From Thermoprotei archaeon (lineage in GTDB: Archaea; Thermoproteota; Thermoprotei; Thermoproteales; B15-G16), in the NCBI GenBank assembly GCA_003649205.1, contig QMRC01000003.1:192001-256000 (forward strand): DNA of 64,000 bases, in the 5' to 3' direction. Numbering within the stretch: position 1 is the stretch's first letter; the number at the start of each line of letters is the position of its first letter. The position numbers and the translations under genes were made by a program. Below, in pieces: positions 1-9,400 of this stretch. Under the pieces are notes generated by a model. That model did not search any database and was not told the DNA's origin. It was given only the letters and a program-made list of their open reading frames with translations.

Positions 1-66
1 CTAATACCCTTACCACATGTGTTACCATTAATAGGAGTGCTCTCAGCATTCTCTACAGAGCTACTT

Positions 67-978
67 ATGTCGTCTCGTGTTATTGGTCGTGGTGTATGTC
101 CTAGGTGTGGTAGAGTTGGTAGTGTTGTTCTTAAGGAGTTATCGGGTAAGATCTACGTATATGTCAAGCATGGTAGGGAATGGTGTTACGTAGGTCCACT
201 TGAGAAGGTTGATCTATCTAGAGTTCTTCAGGATCTAAGGACTTACCACAGTATTACCACTATATTGAGTAGGTACCTCGTACCTAGGTATGAAGGTGGT
301 GTATCAATGAGGTACGTACTGATATTTGTAATTGGTCTATCTCTACTATTGTCAGCATATGGGTTGAGTACTAGGTATGGTTACGAGAGTATAGCTTTGA
401 CTCTGACACTGCTCTCTACTGTGGTATTTTCACTGGGTATAGCGATCTATGAGGTTACTACATCACCTACAATGCAGTATGGTAGCCTTAAGAGGATTTT
501 AGGTCATGGATTGTGGAAGTACTTTCTGGTGATAGTCGCTGTAGTTCTCCTCACTATCCTCATGACCTTGCCAATAGCTAGTCCTGTGAAGTTTTCATTT
601 AAGTATAAAGCACCTGTGTTATGTCATGCAGTTACCTGGATTGGGGGTAGGAGAATTGAACGTGAGTATGTGGTGTATCATGCCGTGCGCTATGACGTAC
701 CACTTACCTCAGTACTGCTACCTCCACTTGTCATTACTTACCTCCTCAGACCTATAGCACAGATGCGAGGAGTAAAGTGGTACCTAGTGCTAATGCTACT
801 TACACTACTCACATCCAATCTAATATTTCATGCGGTGCCACAGGTAGTACGTGCATTGATGCTAGATCCATGGAGCTTACTCATGTATACTCTCACTACT
901 TCACTAACTATGTTTGTGGTAGGGGTGTTGTTCACTACATTCATTCATGTGTTGAAGAAGCTAGCTTCAGTTCACTGA
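67..978 (+). CDS. Membrane protein with an N-terminal CxxC...H zinc-finger-like domain
   Basis: N-terminal CPRCGRVG...YVYVKHG-x-EWCYVG motif followed by about 6-7 hydrophobic segments; ATG at 67 preferred over GTG at 19. Confidence 0.6.
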   Translation: MSSRVIGRGVCPRCGRVGSVVLKELSGKIYVYVKHGREWCYVGPLEKVDLSRVLQDLRTYHSITTILSRYLVPRYEGGVSMRYVLIFVIGLSLLLSAYGLSTRYGYESIALTLTLLSTVVFSLGIAIYEVTTSPTMQYGSLKRILGHGLWKYFLVIVAVVLLTILMTLPIASPVKFSFKYKAPVLCHAVTWIGGRRIEREYVVYHAVRYDVPLTSVLLPPLVITYLLRPIAQMRGVKWYLVLMLLTLLTSNLIFHAVPQVVRALMLDPWSLLMYTLTTSLTMFVVGVLFTTFIHVLKKLASVH

Positions 979-1054
979 GGAACAGCATCTAAGAGCCCAG
1001 TTCTCACTAAATTACTAGTTACCTTATTTAGTACTCAAATGTACTCATAGCTTG

Positions 1055-2416
1055 ATGGTTGTTCGTGAAGTTGTTGAGTGTGTAGAAGCTGTTCCTGAAT
1101 ACAGTAGATTTCCACTTGTTGACGAGCTTACCTCCAGTACTAGGGAATTGGGTAGGAGATTTAGTGATAGGGTTGAGGTTTTTGAGGTGAGTTGCTCTAG
1201 ATCTGGCGACCCTATTTTAGCTACTAGGATTGGTAGAGGTAGTAGGGTTGTTCTTGCTCTTGGTTTGGTGTATCCTGATGACCCTGCTAGTGCTCTTGCT
1301 CTAGATTACTTGAGTTGGTACATGGTTAAGAGACCTGAGGTTTGGATGGTTAGTGATACTACGTGGATCATCGTTAAGGTCGTTGATGCCTTAGGTGCTA
1401 GGTTTAATGAGGAGTGGTTTAGGGATGTGTCTTCCGTAGAGAAGCTCATTCTTAATCACTATGTTCCTCCCCCGTCGCTATGTGTTGAATCTACATTCCC
1501 TATTGAGTATAAGGAATTGAGATGGAGTAAGCCATTACCAGAGACTGAAGCAATTATGAAGTTGGTTAATGACTATAAGCCACAGTTCATTTTTCAATTT
1601 CGTTCCTGTTTCTTTAGAGGTCTTGCGTACTACCTATCTAGGCACTCACCTGAGCTGTATAGGTATCTACGTGCCATATCTGAGAGATTCAAGCTTCCTC
1701 TCTACGCCAGTGAATTTAGACCACCATACGTGATCAAGCTTGATACTGCGGTGTATAGGGTACCTCGTGCAAGGGATTACTGTGATGTTGTTGAGAGCGT
1801 TCTCGGTAGGGTACCTGTAGATGTCCTTAAGTTCGGTGGATCTAGTGGTGACTTCATTGAGGGGTTTAGTGGTGATGTGCTTGAGGTCGTTGCTGAGGTT
1901 CCGTACGTTGTTGATGAGAGGATTTCAGATACAGCACCCACTGGTATTCCGAGGAGGGAGGTATTCTTGCTCTCGCTCAGGAAGTTAAGATTCGAATTGA
2001 GGAATTTAAGGAAGAATCTTGAGATCTTGAGAAAGTACGTATCGAGTGATAATCCTTACTACGAAGCTCTTGACCACATGACACCTCTCGATTTAGTGAA
2101 TACAGAGATTCAGGATAAGTGGATTAAGTCACATGGTACCTCTACGGAATCAGCTACTGTTGCTGATATAGTCAGTAGCTACGTAGTTCACTACCTCTAC
2201 ACTACCGCACTTAAGTATGGTCTACTACATCAATGTATTAGGTACGAGACTACTAGAGGGAGAACAGTACCGAGTACAATTAAAGGTAATGTGGTTAAGA
2301 AGGTGGAGAAGCATCTTCATGAACTCAATTCCTGTGCAAGGTACAGAAAGGTTTCGATAAGGAATGTAGTTCAGACATGTCTGTACACAATGCTCATGGT
2401 AGTGACGCTACTGTAG
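1055..2416 (+). CDS. M14 zinc carboxypeptidase-like protein with degenerate metal ligands
   Basis: SRSGDPILATRIGRG, PLPETEAIMKLV and EVPY layout typical of archaeal M14 proteins, but HxxE reads YPDD. Confidence 0.65.
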   Translation: MVVREVVECVEAVPEYSRFPLVDELTSSTRELGRRFSDRVEVFEVSCSRSGDPILATRIGRGSRVVLALGLVYPDDPASALALDYLSWYMVKRPEVWMVSDTTWIIVKVVDALGARFNEEWFRDVSSVEKLILNHYVPPPSLCVESTFPIEYKELRWSKPLPETEAIMKLVNDYKPQFIFQFRSCFFRGLAYYLSRHSPELYRYLRAISERFKLPLYASEFRPPYVIKLDTAVYRVPRARDYCDVVESVLGRVPVDVLKFGGSSGDFIEGFSGDVLEVVAEVPYVVDERISDTAPTGIPRREVFLLSLRKLRFELRNLRKNLEILRKYVSSDNPYYEALDHMTPLDLVNTEIQDKWIKSHGTSTESATVADIVSSYVVHYLYTTALKYGLLHQCIRYETTRGRTVPSTIKGNVVKKVEKHLHELNSCARYRKVSIRNVVQTCLYTMLMVVTLL

Positions 2417-2689
2417 CAGCATAACTAACTTACTGACCTCCCTCGAGTAACCTAGTTAATTTCATCGCGTAAAGTGAAATCCACTACCCATCCAGTTAAT
2501 GGGTCAAGCATTATTGAGTTATGTCTTGAGAGGTATTAGTTGGCTTAGTGCCATTCCTACTAGTAACTGCTTATATCTCCATAGGAGGGGTATGCTGAGG
2601 AGACAGTACCTAATTCTTCAAGAAAGGTAGTTGCTAGTATGCATACTAAGTATCATACATCGTATCAGGAGTGAGAGAAAAATTAGCGG

Positions 2690-3271
2690 CTAGTGTATAC
2701 TCAATGCTCTTCTACTTAGCTCATGAACTGAAACCCACGTGCTCTCTCTAGGCCAAACCTCTCTAATCATCATGTTCTCAAGATCACCCTCAAAGATCTT
2801 CTCAACTCTACCAAAGTAAATCAAGCCCTCACCGATGAAACTACATGAAAGTGATGAAACTAGTCTATAGTACCCCGTACGATCACTAGTGAATGAATAC
2901 ACCTGTAGAACAGCTTCACTGTAATTCCTCAACCTCCTAACTAGATCACGGTACTTAGCTAAACCACTAAACGAGAGTTCTAGTGGAATCTCCTCACCAA
3001 TACTGAGTGCTCTCAAGATAACTCTCAACACCTCATTACACAATCCCAGCTCAACTTCTAAATCACAACCACCATACCTCCTCACTAACTTCAGGACTGA
3101 CTGAACAAATCCATGAGTTAAGTCGAAGTATAACAGCATAGGTACCTTAGCGTATGTACCGCGATAAAGTACAGTAGCGAACCCAATGGTGAAGAAGCTC
3201 CTTCCCTCCTCAATTACTTTATGTAGTATCGTATCCATGGCTCTCAACGAAGTAAGAGATAACTCACCCAC
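2690..3271 (-). CDS. Hypothetical protein
   Basis: 193-aa ORF with host-like codon usage; no motif recognised. Confidence 0.55.
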   Translation of the reverse strand: MGELSLTSLRAMDTILHKVIEEGRSFFTIGFATVLYRGTYAKVPMLLYFDLTHGFVQSVLKLVRRYGGCDLEVELGLCNEVLRVILRALSIGEEIPLELSFSGLAKYRDLVRRLRNYSEAVLQVYSFTSDRTGYYRLVSSLSCSFIGEGLIYFGRVEKIFEGDLENMMIREVWPRESTWVSVHELSRRALSIH

Positions 3272-3293
3272 ATAATAACCTTGTCCAATAGCT

Positions 3294-3470
3294 ATGGTCA
3301 GAATAGGGTATCCAACGAGAAGAGGAAAGAGACATTGGAGAAGAAGATGGAAGTGGATTCTCTGGTGGCTCTGGAGCTACAAGTGGCAACTCATTTGGGC
3401 TAAAAGACAGGGAATCCTACTTAAGAGAAAACAAGGTAAGAGAAAAGCGCAGAAAGCACTGAGTAGGTAA
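3294..3470 (+). CDS. Putative 58-aa Trp/Arg/Lys-rich peptide (not in the ORF track)
   Basis: ATG 3294 to TAA 3470 gives MVRIGYPTRRGKRHWRRRWKWILWWLWSYKWQLIWAKRQGILLKRKQGKRKAQKALSR; AT-rich box about 20 nt upstream. Confidence 0.35.
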   Translation: MVRIGYPTRRGKRHWRRRWKWILWWLWSYKWQLIWAKRQGILLKRKQGKRKAQKALSR

Positions 3471-3573
3471 CACATACACTTATAAACTACGTACAAGCTA
3501 CCTTAGACCCTTAGGAAAATTGGAAAAACCCAGAGTTAAATTAGTTAAATTAAAGTACTGAAGAGGTGTCTAC

Positions 3574-4437
3574 ATGCAGGTTGTTCCAGTACTACCGCTG
3601 TGGAATTGGAGAACAGCTAGGGTACCAGTACTCACAACACAATTGAGGAGATTGAGAGCTAGAAGCTGTGGTATCTTCTACCCGCTATCGCTAGATAGAG
3701 CGGCTGATGTAGATACGAGAGCTAAGGTCTGTACGCAGATCATGACCGAGTTAAGGAACGTAGCTAGGGATCTAGATGTCACTGTCGTACTACATACAGA
3801 GTACATGAATCCACCATGGACATCGAGTGAGCAGTGTAGTAAGTACATCAACAGAATCAAAGCACTAACTGAGGAGTTGTGTAAGCTGGAGTACAGGGTA
3901 TGTATTGAGCTTCATCCAGGCTTCGTACCTCTAAGCGCATTTAAGAAAGCATTGATTGAACTAGCAAACCAGGTACAGAGCTTAGGAGATAAGGTAGCTA
4001 TAGCTATAGAGCCTAGAACAGGAGCACCAACCATGAGGAGACCACAGGTAATCTCGACACTGACAGACCTAGCACTTCTCCTCAAGACGGTAGATACCAT
4101 ACCCACGAAGGTGATTCCAGTACTTGACATATCACAACTAGTAACAGCGCTACAGATTAGGTACAACCTAAGTGAAGGTGAGGCAATAGATCTCCTTAAG
4201 TACGAGCTAGAGACGCTTAGTGAGCTATGTCAGAGATCAGGAGTAGCTGAGGTACACATACATTGGCACTGGAGGAATAGACCAATACCACCACAGATAG
4301 CTACGAAATTAGTTGATGTACTGAAGCCATACCTAAAGAACTTCACAACGATGTACCTGGTACCTGAGATACTTGGCGCAACAGCAGATCTACTCGTAAC
4401 AACACTACAGAGAGCAACCACACTCCTCACAAAATAG
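3574..4437 (+). CDS. Xylose-isomerase/AP-endonuclease-like TIM-barrel protein
   Basis: VLHTEY, IELHPG, IAIEP, VLDISQ, VHIHW and LVPE motifs in the expected order; GAGGTG RBS. Confidence 0.6.
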   Translation: MQVVPVLPLWNWRTARVPVLTTQLRRLRARSCGIFYPLSLDRAADVDTRAKVCTQIMTELRNVARDLDVTVVLHTEYMNPPWTSSEQCSKYINRIKALTEELCKLEYRVCIELHPGFVPLSAFKKALIELANQVQSLGDKVAIAIEPRTGAPTMRRPQVISTLTDLALLLKTVDTIPTKVIPVLDISQLVTALQIRYNLSEGEAIDLLKYELETLSELCQRSGVAEVHIHWHWRNRPIPPQIATKLVDVLKPYLKNFTTMYLVPEILGATADLLVTTLQRATTLLTK

Positions 4438-4520
4438 GGAGTAGAATAGATCACTGGAACAGAGGTATCTTTTTTACGAACCTCACTCATTGAACACTAA
4501 GCGTAACTACTCATTCTACC

Positions 4521-4570
4521 GTGATGAGAATCCTACACTCTGACTTAAGGATGAGGGTGGTGTTTGCTGA
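4521..4570 (+). ncRNA. Box C/D guide sRNA
   Basis: C GTGATGA, 12-nt guide GAATCCTACACT, D' CTGA, C' AGGATGA, 12-nt guide GGGTGGTGTTTG, D CTGA; intergenic. Confidence 0.85.
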
Positions 4571-4724
4571 CTCATCTACATCCTACAGGTACCTACTACG
4601 TGGTAGACGTGTACCTGACTGCTTGAAGTGATGTAGCCTTGATCGCTGATGTAGATGTCATCAGCGAGATTGCTCTCAAGTCCTTAGGCTTTGTCTAATT
4701 TTTATAGCACCCACTTAGGTACTG

Positions 4725-5453
4725 ATGTTTGTGATGTATCGTTCCTATACAGATTGGGTTAAGGTAATTGTTGTGATAGATAATAATGTCTATCGAGAAG
4801 ACCTTTACACGTCTTGGGGTCTTTCAATCTATGTTGAGACCCCAGGTGTGAGGGTTCTATTCGATACTGATACTGATGGTTCTAGGTTGGTGTACAATGC
4901 TGAGAAGCTAGGTATTGACTTATCTACTCTCAATGCTATTGTGATTAGCCATGACCACTACGATCATAGTGGTGGTCTTGAAGCGATTGCTAACTTCTGT
5001 CGAGGTAGACCTATCTACGTACCTGCTCATAGCTACCTACTTGACTACGTCTGTAATCTAGGTCTCACTCCAGTGCCCGTACACTCCACAACACTGATTG
5101 CTGATGGAGTTTACGTTGTAGGTGAGTTATCTAGTGGAGCTTTTGGTCTCTACGAGATAGCTCTTGCCATTAAGGTAAGGAGTGGTAAGTTGGTTACTCT
5201 GTGTGGTTGTTCACACCCCGGTATTGAACGCATTGTTGAGAAGGTGCTTAAAGATATAGGTGGGATCCCCGTGGCTGTTATTGGTGGTTTTCACTCACCT
5301 ACATCGTATAGTCTTGATAAACTTGTTGAGTTAGGTGTTGAGAAAATTTACCCACTTCACTGTAGTGGATTAGGTGCTGTGAGGTACCTAAGTAGGAAGT
5401 ATCCTGAGAGGTTAGGTACTGGTGGTAGTGGTTTTGTGCTATATGTTGAGTAA
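4725..5453 (+). CDS. MBL-fold metallo-hydrolase (COG1237-like)
   Basis: WGLSIYVE, LFDT, SHDHYDHSGG, GCSHPG, GGFH and PLHCSG motifs. Confidence 0.85.
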   Translation: MFVMYRSYTDWVKVIVVIDNNVYREDLYTSWGLSIYVETPGVRVLFDTDTDGSRLVYNAEKLGIDLSTLNAIVISHDHYDHSGGLEAIANFCRGRPIYVPAHSYLLDYVCNLGLTPVPVHSTTLIADGVYVVGELSSGAFGLYEIALAIKVRSGKLVTLCGCSHPGIERIVEKVLKDIGGIPVAVIGGFHSPTSYSLDKLVELGVEKIYPLHCSGLGAVRYLSRKYPERLGTGGSGFVLYVE

Positions 5454-5484
5454 ATACACCTCTTTTTACTGTGTCTAACTGTTA

Positions 5485-5509
5485 AATACTATCTACGTTA
5501 AACAGTATT
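5485..5509. promoter_or_regulatory. Inverted-repeat operator AATACT-N13-AGTATT overlapping the chelatase promoter
   Basis: Perfect 6-bp inverted repeat overlapping the TATA-like TTAAATA (5482-5488); near copy at 16235-16259. Confidence 0.5.
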
Positions 5510-5520
5510 ACTAGTTGCAT

Positions 5521-7851
5521 ATGCCTTCGCTAGTCTTTGTCATTGGATACGGCAATCCTGCTCTCTCTGTGCTACGTGATCTTGCTCGTGAATTCGGTAG
5601 CACCGTAGCTGTGTTCTCTCCCGGTACCGAGATCCCCGAGCATGCGCTAAGAGACGTAGAGGTATTGTTCCTGTATACATATGAAGTACCTCCATTGTTG
5701 AGTAAGATCATTGATAGGTGTAGCATCGTGATTGGTGCTTCTGAAGCTACTTCGCATCTATGTAAAGGACCTAGTCACGTGGTTGAGAGAGCTATTCAGT
5801 ACTTTAGGTATGGTGGTGTTGAGAATCTGAGGTACCTCATACAGTACCTGCTCTGGATCTTAGGTAAGTACCCTAAGGAACCTCCTGATCCGAGACCTGT
5901 ACCCTGGCATGGTATTTGGCATCCTGAGCTAGGTACGTTCACAGATCTAGAGCAGTACCTTGAGCAGTACCCCTACTCAACTAGACCTCTCGTTGGGATC
6001 CTATTCTACAGGTCTCGGTGGCTCTATGGTGATGTTGCTCCTGTAGTGGAGTTGATCAAGGCTTTAGAGGATGAGGAGCTAGGTGTTGTATCTGTCTTTA
6101 CACCTGGTGTCCATAGGTTAGGTGTACTTGGTGAGCCCTCGGTAGCTGATACTGTACGTACCTTCTTTATGGTGGATGGTAGACCTGTTGTTGATTTGAT
6201 ATTATCCTTCCTCAGTTTTTACTTGGATTGTGAGGATGTATTTAGGAGTCTTGGTGTTCCTGTCCTCAAGGTAGTTAAGGAGTCGTATAGATCTGTTGAG
6301 GAGTGGCTTGCTAGCGAGCAAGGTATTTCCAGTATGGCTCAGGTATGGGAAGTTATTATGCCTGAAGTCGATGGTATTGGAGAGCCTATCTTCTTGTGTG
6401 GTGCTAGGGAGGTTGGTGGATGTAAAGTCTATGAGGTTTTCTCTCCACACGTGAAGTACATTGCTAGGAGAGTTAGGAGGTGGATTGAGCTTCGACGTAA
6501 ACCTCCTAGTGAAAGGAGAATTGCTATTGTTCTCAATAATCCTCCTTGTAAGCAAGTTGAGGCAACAATTGGTGTTGCTATGGGTCTCGACGTTCCTGAG
6601 AGTTTGGTTAGGTTTCTACATAGGTTGAAGGAGTTAGGTTACTACCTAGGTGATGGTGAGCTTCCGAAGAGTGGTAAGGAGTTAATTGAGTTGATGCTTG
6701 AGAAGAGAGCTACGAGTGAGTTTAGATGGACTTCACCTGATGACATTGTTAAGCGTGGTGGTTGTGTTGGTTCTGTAGATCTCGATACGTACATGAGGTG
6801 GTTCAGTGAATTACCTGAACGTGTTAGAGAGGTGATGATTAAGGAGTGGGGGGATCCAAGAGATATCCTAGGTGGTGAAGTTGATAGGGTTTTTGCTGGT
6901 GCTGTTTACGAGGGTAAGTTCATCGTTCCTGGAATTAGGTTCGGTAATGTGGTCATCATCCCTCAACCTAAGTTTGGGTGTGCAGGTTCAGCTTGTGATG
7001 GTAGAGTCTGTAAGATACTTCATAACCCGAGGATTCCTCCACCACATCAGTGGCTTGCTGTCTACAGATGGATTACAAGGATATTTAGAGCTGACGTAGT
7101 GATTCACTTCGGTACGCACGGCACTCTCGAGTTTAGACCGGGAAAAGGTGTTGGCTTATCACCTATGTGTTGGCCAGAGATAACGATTGATGACGTACCA
7201 TTTCTCTACATCTACATCGTGACTAATCCTATGGAGGGTGTCATAGCTAAGAGACGTGGCTACGCTATCATTATAGACCACATGTACCCACCTATGATGT
7301 TCACTGACTCAGCGCTCCAGGAACTCGATGAATTACTGGAACAGTATGAGAGAGCTCGTAGATTCAGTGATACATCACGTGCTAGTGAGCTGTATAGGGA
7401 ACTAGTGTCCAGGATCAAGAAGCTAGGTATTCCTCTCAAGATAGACTTACCTGAGGATGAAATCGTATCTGAACTCCATAAGTACTTAGAACTCATTAAG
7501 AGTACTCAGGTAGAAAAGGGACTGCATGTATTTGGTAAGACACCAACTGATAGCGACGAGCTTGCTGAAACCGTAGTCGTAATTATGAGGTATGATACAT
7601 CTAGCTGGCCATCAATACGTAGAGCAGTAGCTGAGTACCTTGGTCTTAACTATGATGAGCTCCTTAGGAAACCGAGTGAGTACTGCAAGGTACTAGGTAC
7701 CACTAATAGGAGAGTTCTCGAGCTACTAGATAAGATAGCTGTTGAGGTTTTGAAGAAGTTACTTGAGGTAGGTACTTCGTCCTCTGATCTCGATTGGTCA
7801 ACTCTTGAGGTTATACTTCATGAGGTATGTTCAAAGTACCTAAGGAGGTGA
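5521..7851 (+). CDS. cobN: CobN/Mg-chelatase H-like chelatase, N-terminal part
   Basis: VIMPEVDG, ERRIAIVL, HFGTHGTLEFRPGKGVGLS, NPMEGVIAKRRGYAIIIDH and GLHVFG motifs. Confidence 0.9.
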   Translation: MPSLVFVIGYGNPALSVLRDLAREFGSTVAVFSPGTEIPEHALRDVEVLFLYTYEVPPLLSKIIDRCSIVIGASEATSHLCKGPSHVVERAIQYFRYGGVENLRYLIQYLLWILGKYPKEPPDPRPVPWHGIWHPELGTFTDLEQYLEQYPYSTRPLVGILFYRSRWLYGDVAPVVELIKALEDEELGVVSVFTPGVHRLGVLGEPSVADTVRTFFMVDGRPVVDLILSFLSFYLDCEDVFRSLGVPVLKVVKESYRSVEEWLASEQGISSMAQVWEVIMPEVDGIGEPIFLCGAREVGGCKVYEVFSPHVKYIARRVRRWIELRRKPPSERRIAIVLNNPPCKQVEATIGVAMGLDVPESLVRFLHRLKELGYYLGDGELPKSGKELIELMLEKRATSEFRWTSPDDIVKRGGCVGSVDLDTYMRWFSELPERVREVMIKEWGDPRDILGGEVDRVFAGAVYEGKFIVPGIRFGNVVIIPQPKFGCAGSACDGRVCKILHNPRIPPPHQWLAVYRWITRIFRADVVIHFGTHGTLEFRPGKGVGLSPMCWPEITIDDVPFLYIYIVTNPMEGVIAKRRGYAIIIDHMYPPMMFTDSALQELDELLEQYERARRFSDTSRASELYRELVSRIKKLGIPLKIDLPEDEIVSELHKYLELIKSTQVEKGLHVFGKTPTDSDELAETVVVIMRYDTSSWPSIRRAVAEYLGLNYDELLRKPSEYCKVLGTTNRRVLELLDKIAVEVLKKLLEVGTSSSDLDWSTLEVILHEVCSKYLRR

Positions 7852-7852
7852 T

Positions 7853-9400
7853 GTGATGAAGACGATTGAGTTTAAGGATGATCAGACTAGAGAACGTGTA
7901 CTACGAGCATTTAAGATAGCTCTTAGACTTGCTGAGTTGATTAGAGAATGTGGTGATAACGAGCTTAGAGGTATTGAGAAAGGTCTAAGTAGCTCCTATG
8001 TAGAGCCCGGTCCAGCTGGGTCGCTTACCCGTGGTAGAATAGATATCTTACCTACTGGAAGGAACTTCTACAGCATCGACCCGAGAAAGATACCGACACC
8101 TGCTGCTTGGAGAGTTGGCGTTGAATCAGCTAATAAACTTCTGCAGAAGTTTCTTGAGCTACATGGTAGATACCCTGAGAGCGTAGGTGAGGTGTTATGG
8201 AGTATCGATGCATATAAGGCTGATGGTGAGCAGATATCGAGGATACTCTATCTACTTGGAGTTAGACCGGTGTGGGGTTCTGATGGTGTTGTCAAGGGAA
8301 TTGAGGTTATCCCACTTGAAGAACTTGGTCGACCTAGAATTGATGTTGTTGTAAGAATTAGTGGTATTGTCCGTGATAATCTACCGAATTACATAAGTTT
8401 GATAGATGAAGCTATTGAGAAAGTTATTACTCTTGATGAACCTCTAGAGATGAACTACCCGAAGAAGCATTACCTAGAGTTCATTGAGAGGTTGAGAGAA
8501 CTCAATCTACCTAACATCGATGTTGAAGAACTAGCTAGAGCACGTATTTGGTGTGCACCACCAGGTGCCTATGGTGCTGGTGTGAATTATGCAGTCTTTG
8601 CATCCGCGTGGAAGAACGAAGACGACTTAGCTAAGGTATGGATTCACTGGGGTATGTATGCGTACACGAGGAAAAGATACGGCGTACCCATACCTCACTT
8701 ACTCACCCTTCAGCTATCGAGAGTAGAGGTCGTTGTACGCAACCATGTTAGCGATGAACATGACCCAACGAATTGCTGCGGCTACTTCGCTTACCAAGGT
8801 GGTTTCCACGTCACTACAAAGGTAGTTAGTGGTAAGGAACCGCTTAACTTGGTAGTGGATACCAGAGATAGCTCAAGACCTCAGATCCGTACCCTGAGCG
8901 AAGAGTTGGTAAGGATAGTGTATGCAAAGCTCCTTAATCCTAGGTGGATTGAGGAAATGAAGAAGCACGGGTATAGGGGTGCTGCTGAACTCATGAAGAA
9001 GATAGTTCATCTCTATGGGTGGCAAGCAACTACACGTGCTGTACCTGACGAAGTGTGGAATAGAATAGCTGAGAAGTACGTACTGGATGAAGGTATGAGG
9101 AAGTGGTTCATGGAGAACAATCCATATGCTTTCGAGGAACTCACTCGTAGACTTCTCGAAGCAGTTGAACGTGGTCTTTGGAAACCAGATCTCAACGTAC
9201 TCAAGGGGATTCAATTAGCTAGAATGGAGGTAGAGTCCCTGCTGGAAGGTGAGGTCGCTGGAGTGAGTGTACAGGGAGGTGAAGTCTCGATATACACAGC
9301 TGATGATGTTCAGCCCTGGAGAGAAAGAGCTAAACCAGCTATTGAAGCTCTTGAATGGATTAAGAAGCTGAGGGGTGATGTATCTGTCTCAGGGCAGTAG
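7853..9400 (+). CDS. cobN: CobN/Mg-chelatase H-like chelatase, C-terminal part
   Basis: YVEPGPAG, LPTGRNFYSIDP, LGRPRIDVVVRISGIVRD, GAYGAGV, LLNPRWIEEMKKHGYRGA and NPYA motifs; own GGAGGTGA RBS. Confidence 0.9.
   Translation: MMKTIEFKDDQTRERVLRAFKIALRLAELIRECGDNELRGIEKGLSSSYVEPGPAGSLTRGRIDILPTGRNFYSIDPRKIPTPAAWRVGVESANKLLQKFLELHGRYPESVGEVLWSIDAYKADGEQISRILYLLGVRPVWGSDGVVKGIEVIPLEELGRPRIDVVVRISGIVRDNLPNYISLIDEAIEKVITLDEPLEMNYPKKHYLEFIERLRELNLPNIDVEELARARIWCAPPGAYGAGVNYAVFASAWKNEDDLAKVWIHWGMYAYTRKRYGVPIPHLLTLQLSRVEVVVRNHVSDEHDPTNCCGYFAYQGGFHVTTKVVSGKEPLNLVVDTRDSSRPQIRTLSEELVRIVYAKLLNPRWIEEMKKHGYRGAAELMKKIVHLYGWQATTRAVPDEVWNRIAEKYVLDEGMRKWFMENNPYAFEELTRRLLEAVERGLWKPDLNVLKGIQLARMEVESLLEGEVAGVSVQGGEVSIYTADDVQPWRERAKPAIEALEWIKKLRGDVSVSGQ

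Noticed and set aside
2592-2640. ATGCTGA-initiated degenerate C/D-like unit after a TATA-like box
   Set aside because: D', C' and D boxes are all non-canonical
5454-5520. Cobalamin riboswitch upstream of cobN or of the ABC receptor
   Set aside because: Leaders are too short and AT-rich, and no B12-box or GGGAA core is visible
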